Source: Laetmonice hystrix
Taxonomy: Eukaryota
Assembly (NCBI GenBank): GCA_965235115.1
Contig: OZ249438.1
Coordinates: 40,238,001 to 40,302,000 of the forward strand
DNA length: 64,000 bases
Direction: 5' to 3'
Shown: piece after piece, positions 58,631 to 64,000 of the stretch
Layout: each line of letters starts with the position of its first letter
Numbering within the stretch: the stretch's first letter is position 1
Notes under the pieces: generated by a model
What the model saw: only the letters and a program-made list of their open reading frames with translations
Database searches by the model: none
What the model was told of the DNA's origin: nothing
Made by a program: the position numbers and the translations under genes

Positions 58631-61497
58631 ACTCCCTGAGTTCAATTACTCAGATGGATGCAATCAACCAGCCTTGAAATGAGTTAATTTTTGCGGATAC
58701 CCGAAGGGTGTTTCAGTGTGTAGAGCAGTGAACCCGTTGTAGGACAGGCCTGGGAGGGAGGGGCGGGGGATGTGGGGGTAGGAGGTGCGAAACTAGCGGC
58801 AGGTAAACCGAGTTGTGTGGTTGTATCCTCCTGATGTAGGGCTGTGATCTCTGCGGAATGTGTTACCGGCACTTGTGCGCATGCGTCAGTTGATGCTGGG
58901 GGTAAAAGGGGTTTGAATGGGGCGGACAATTAAAACGCTCTGAAAACGTTCAATGTATATTTGTCTTTGACATCAGTACACTTACTCTGGTACTTTCCCG
59001 GATTCTGTTTTTAATTGAATCCTATATTGTATGGATATTGTACCACTCCATTCACAGTATGTTTTTAAAGTAGTTCATCTCTCTCCGTTAATGATTTGTT
59101 TTATACATGTACATGTATTTAAAAAATTGCTGAGATTGATCGATTCATTGATCCAGCGATTCATCAAATTGATTGATTAATTGACGACTGTACTAATCAA
59201 TACGGCAGGGAACCACCACCTCAAGGGTACGCTCTTCCGTCCTATCGTTTTTTCTCAAACACATGTGTACTTGCGGCAAAGTACACTTAGCTTCTCTATT
59301 AGACAGTATCGTCAAGTGTCCTTGACTCGTCCTTGAACGTCAGTGTGGTGGGCCGTGCGTCCGACCGTCAAACGTCAGCACGGTACGGCATGCAGCCATG
59401 CGTGACGTCACGGGTTACGGCGTTTGTACGGGCACCTGTTCACAGAGAACCCTTTTAACTACAGTTTTCACTTCAATAAAAACACGCCCCAAGCTCCGCC
59501 ATTAGTAATTGTCCTCAGCAAAAAGAGAGCGGTCATGACCGTCGAGATGAGGATAATGCGGAAAGCGGCCCGCCAGATGGGGGCTACACCCCGGCCACTG
59601 CCTGCTAATGTCTTTTGTGCCACCATTCATATCGGGCAGGCCTTGGAGGAAGATGTCTTGTTTTTCAGTTAATAAAATTTTACGGGAGGCTTTGTGCACG
59701 TGAAGTAAGGTGTTAGACCAAGGATTAAGGATTTGTCACATGCTGTAATCGGTCATGTTAGTGTTATGTTAGATTAACGGGATAATTCTCGTTTGGAAAC
59801 GTAAAATCGTACTTTATATAAACTTTTGACGTTTCCATATTTTATTTGCTTTAATTTAGACCTCGGCAATTTCTTCTGAAGAAACGGCTTACAGAAATAC
59901 CGAAATGAAAATGTACGTCCGCTAGATGGAAACAGAATGCTATAATAAATCCATCCTTCACTATATTCCAAGTGGAAACACACAATAATCCAATGTTTGT
60001 GTACGATCTTGAGCTTGGCCTTTTGATCCCAGAGTAAACCCTGCAGGCTAAGGTCGTCCTAATATATTTAGTTGTTGCGGGAGGTTCATTTCACCGGGGC
60101 CAACCCGGGCAACAAGGGCGCTAACCTTAGTGACCTACGCAATGGACCTTATGCTGCTAACCCGGAAGCAGATGCTGCGAGAGTCAAGCGGATTATCATT
60201 GACCGTTCGGATGGCCCCGGGCCATGGGTAGCGCCCTCTGGTGGCGGCCGGGGCAGTGATGCGACCGGGGTAATCGAGCGAGAGGTGCTCCTCGCGCCGA
60301 CAGGTGTAAACGAGGCCAAATGGACAGTGTTAACGGGCCGTAGCCACCTCGTGATCGCTGAGGCATTTTGACACATGTAATTCAAGTGATAAAACATCTG
60401 TCCACGTCATAAAGTCTCAGCACACAAACCGCAAATAACGCATGCCGTTTGTCTGGCATGAGAGAAATTTGACATGAGAAAGTGTTTTTGTTTTCTTGAA
60501 GGTTAGAACGACGTACGACTTGCCTGTTAATCCTGCCAAAAGTGTTTATATATGTTACATCTTTGTAAGCCCAAAAATCGAGGTGGATTCGACGGATCAA
60601 ACCTCTGGGGATCAGGCCAGAGTGTATGGCTTGAAATGCATGTACAACTGTATAGGCCTATTTCTTGATCTCAAAATGATAGGATTCTGAGCGACAATTA
60701 GGTCAAATTTGGATGACATTGAATTTTTTTGGGTAAAAATACAGATAGCTATGAGCGAGTAGATGTATTAGTGCAAACATTGAAAGTGTTGATTCTTTCA
60801 CTACCAGCTTTTTACTACGGTAATATAAAGGTGAAGACTACAGGAAGTCTGAGAAATAACAATAGAAGGACAATGGGAATTGAAAAAAGTGTTTTGTGAA
60901 ATTCCTTAATGGAAAGAGCAGATCAAAAAGTCGTTCAAGGCACGCCGTGACGTCACGGCACGCCGTGACGTCACGGCACGCCGAGAGTTCATATAGTATC
61001 TTTCATGATCACATAGAAGTTTATTAGGCCTAAACCGCATGAAATAATCCATTCCCCATACTGTCTTCGAGACCACCACTACAGGAGAGGCTGCGCCAAG
61101 CACCATATAACAAGCCTACAAAGAAACCCGTCCCGTTTCACACATATGAGAAACACCGCCAGAAAGAGGAAAACATTATAAACAGGAATCTAAACATCCC
61201 TACATGGTGACGTTCTGACAACATTGACACGAGCGTTTACGTGATGGTTGATTATTAGATTAGGCATTGTTAGATTAATACAGGCATGCCAAGTTGTTTA
61301 AATATTTGCACCAACGTGCCTAGAAACTGACCTGGTTCCGAGGCAGAAGGGAAAACATCCAAGGCTGGGGAGCAAAGGCCAGATGGTGCCATTTGTGGTA
61401 CTTGAGAAAGCGCCACCTAGCGGGAGTCTATAAGGGTTCAGGAGGTTGCCAAGGGTTTTTGATCTGCGAGTCATGTCATTTGTTTGATAAAAATAGG

Positions 61498-61625
61498 TGA
61501 GCAGATGTGAGATAACCCAGTGATTTGGTTATGGTGTCTGAGACCAGGCACTTCCACCTAACGTGAGCAGATGTAAGATAACCCAGTGATTTGGTTATGG
61601 TGTCTGAGACCAGGCACTTCTACCT
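61498..61625. repeat. ~65-bp direct duplication
   Basis: gtgagcagatgt(g/a)agataacccagtg... occurs twice. Confidence 0.85.
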
Positions 61626-61786
61626 AAATGTTAAATTAGGCCTATATATGATCTTACAAACGTAGTGTAGTTATTTGTGATAGAAACAGGATTAAACCAT
61701 GTGAGCGGTCAGCGAAGGAATCGTAACTGAATGAAAAAGGTAATGGTGCGTGCCCGGTGGCTGCAGACTCGACCCGGCCGGACGCT

Positions 61787-61801
61787 CAGAGTAGTAGCAG
61801 A

Positions 61802-61840
<39 letters not shown>
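61787..61840. repeat. (GTA)n microsatellite
   Basis: Read directly from the sequence. Confidence 0.95.
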
Positions 61841-61841
<1 letters not shown>

Positions 61842-63656
61842 TCGCCGCTTACGGCCAGTGGATCTGTAACCCCTGGCGTCTACAGTGACATCTGGTGAGA
61901 GTATGCCGCCACACACAACCCACGGCTTACCTCTCCATCTGATCTCTGACCTTCAATACACGAATTGAATTAGGTCGCCTGCTCCACTGTTTAAATCTTT
62001 ATTCTGACCTCCATTTTGTTAATCGAACACGTTTCATATCAGCATGAACTGGTGAGTGAAATAAGGCGCAGGTATTCAGGTTTCTGATTGTGTTGGATTA
62101 TATAGCTAAATCCTTTAGTTCAAACGAAAATAAAAAATCGTAAGATGAAATCGCCTACAGGCGGGGAACGTATGGATTAGCCACTGATCCTGTTTAAATC
62201 CACTGAACTGAGGTTAATCTATTCCTACAGTTGAAGGTGCCTCTTCCCGTTAGGCGGAGGCCTAAATGTACGCAACATTTCGGCATGCGTATAAATATCA
62301 CTGAATATGCCTTATAATCAGGAAAACTAATGCCATTATCGTTGAGTGCAATTTTTAACAAATGTATTCCTTTTTTTAATCCAAGTACCTGTAACCACAG
62401 CCGTGAATTCTGCAGCATCAGGGCGAAAAGTGGTGACAGCGGGGGGCCCTGGGATGCAGGGGTGTAGGGCAACGCCGAGAAAAAAATACCCGTTACCATA
62501 GGGACCATTAGGAAAAGATTCCTTTTTAGAAAATTGCAGCATCAATTATCTGAACTATAATTTTCCGATGATGAGGGGAAACATGTGGTTCCATATCTAG
62601 GCCCGTCATAAAAATGTCGGAGAGATGGTGCGAGACGGGGTATGAGAGGTGTTCTTGATGTAGGTTAATTATAGATCGACTAATAACGGTCTAGATGTAA
62701 ACCTAAAGAATCTTGATCAACAAAAGTATAAAAGTCAGAGGAATTCTCTACGCGGTTATCATTCCTGTGATCTTGTGTTCGGTGTTCGGTACTATTTCTT
62801 GTTGAATATGCTCGAGTGGGCTCTTGACTGTAGAAGTGGCGGCTGGCTTGCTTACCTAAAGTAGCGACATCGATAGCACTAATATTGACAAGATATTAAT
62901 TACAATGATTATAGAGGTGCCATTTTCATCATGACGTGGAAATCATGCGAAGGCAAACTGATTTAAATGATCACCTAGGGGGTCCAATATTTGCGTCCGG
63001 TCTCCGGCCCGCCGAGAACGTCAGCGGCGTCTGTGAGACCCGGCCGTCGTCACGCATGCGCAGAGCCGTCACGCATGCGCAGAGCGGCCATCACGCAGCG
63101 CCCTCACGCGGGCGGTGGGGACCCCCCGCAGAGCACCTACCAGGAGGACATTGAAAACTGTCACACGAGATACATCAAGGTGCTTTCTCTGCCAACTGTC
63201 GCTGATAATCTAACACGGAGAGACGAGCTGGCCACTGACCCCTCCACAGACTCAACACACCCGGGATCAACAAGGGGAGGGGGCTGTATCGAGGGGTGAG
63301 GGAGGGGAGGGGGGTCAGGCAGTCTCCTGGGGTGCTTCATACCCAGACTGGTGCAGAATGGATTTACCAGTCCGTTATGATATAGGCATACAGGACTGTA
63401 TTATGTTCGAAATATATCCTGTCTTTCACGCGCCAGGAATCGGAATCGATATTTTAAATTATTATTTTAGGCCTATTTTAAATAGGTAAGCCCTCAGCCA
63501 TCGTAAGAGGCTACTCACTCGGATAAATGTAATGACATTATTAAAACGAGGGACTTTGATCAATGTGCATCAATCTGATCAATATAGTGATAGATTAGTC
63601 CAATCCCAGATCTAGGCCTATTATTATCAGCCTAGGCCTATGGACATATAGAAGAT

Positions 63657-64000
63657 CTACATGAGCCTTTGTGGAGACAGCTATAGGGCCAGGCCTACTG
63701 CGGCCGGCGCTGCTGTCTACATGAGCCTTTGTGGAGACAGCAGGGCCAGGCCTAGGCCTACATGAGCCTTTGTGGAGACAGCAGGGCCAGGCCTATGCCT
63801 ACATGAGCCTTTGTGGATACAGCTAGGGCCAGGCCTACTGCGACCGGCGCTGCTGGTTAGGCCTACATGAGCCTTTGTGGAGACAGCTAGGGCCAGGCCT
63901 AGGCCTACATGAGCCTTTGTGAAGAGAGCTAGGGCCAGGCCTAGGCCTACATGAGCCTTTGTGGATACAGCTAGGGCCAGGCCTAGGCCTATATGAGCCT
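63657..64000. repeat. ~42-bp composite minisatellite running off the window end
   Basis: ctacatgagcctttgtggagacagctagggccaggcctaggc with variant insertions. Confidence 0.9.

Noticed and set aside
60072-60397. GC-rich ORFs as ligand exons
   Set aside because: No recognisable C2, DSL or EGF pattern; more consistent with non-coding sequence.

Overview
This is metazoan (invertebrate-like) genomic DNA with spliceosomal introns, many MITEs and minisatellites, and one N-gap at 45700-45854. It is not prokaryotic. Main content 1: three intact tandem paralogs on the + strand (9557-15647, 19444-26212, 29759-36430) of a 7-coding-exon gene that I reconstructed by hand. Each encodes a type II membrane protein of about 686-708 aa, made of an N-terminal cytoplasmic tail with an ITAM-like YxxI-x11/12-YxxI/L motif, one uncharged TM helix, and six PAN/Apple domains, each on its own phase-1 exon. 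The paralogs differ in their tyrosine motifs and membrane-proximal PAN domains, while PAN5 is invariant at the protein level. This is the best candidate for an undescribed system, a diversifying PAN-domain immune or scavenger receptor family. Main content 2: the first coding exon (46348-46698) of a Serrate/Jagged-like Notch ligand. I could not find its next exon in the remaining 17 kb. Main content 3: satellite arrays, several grown from seeds that remain single-copy in the sister paralogs, plus Kolobok-like, hAT5-like and pogo-like MITEs and a LINE fragment. All splice models and domain calls come from manual reading; no searches were run.
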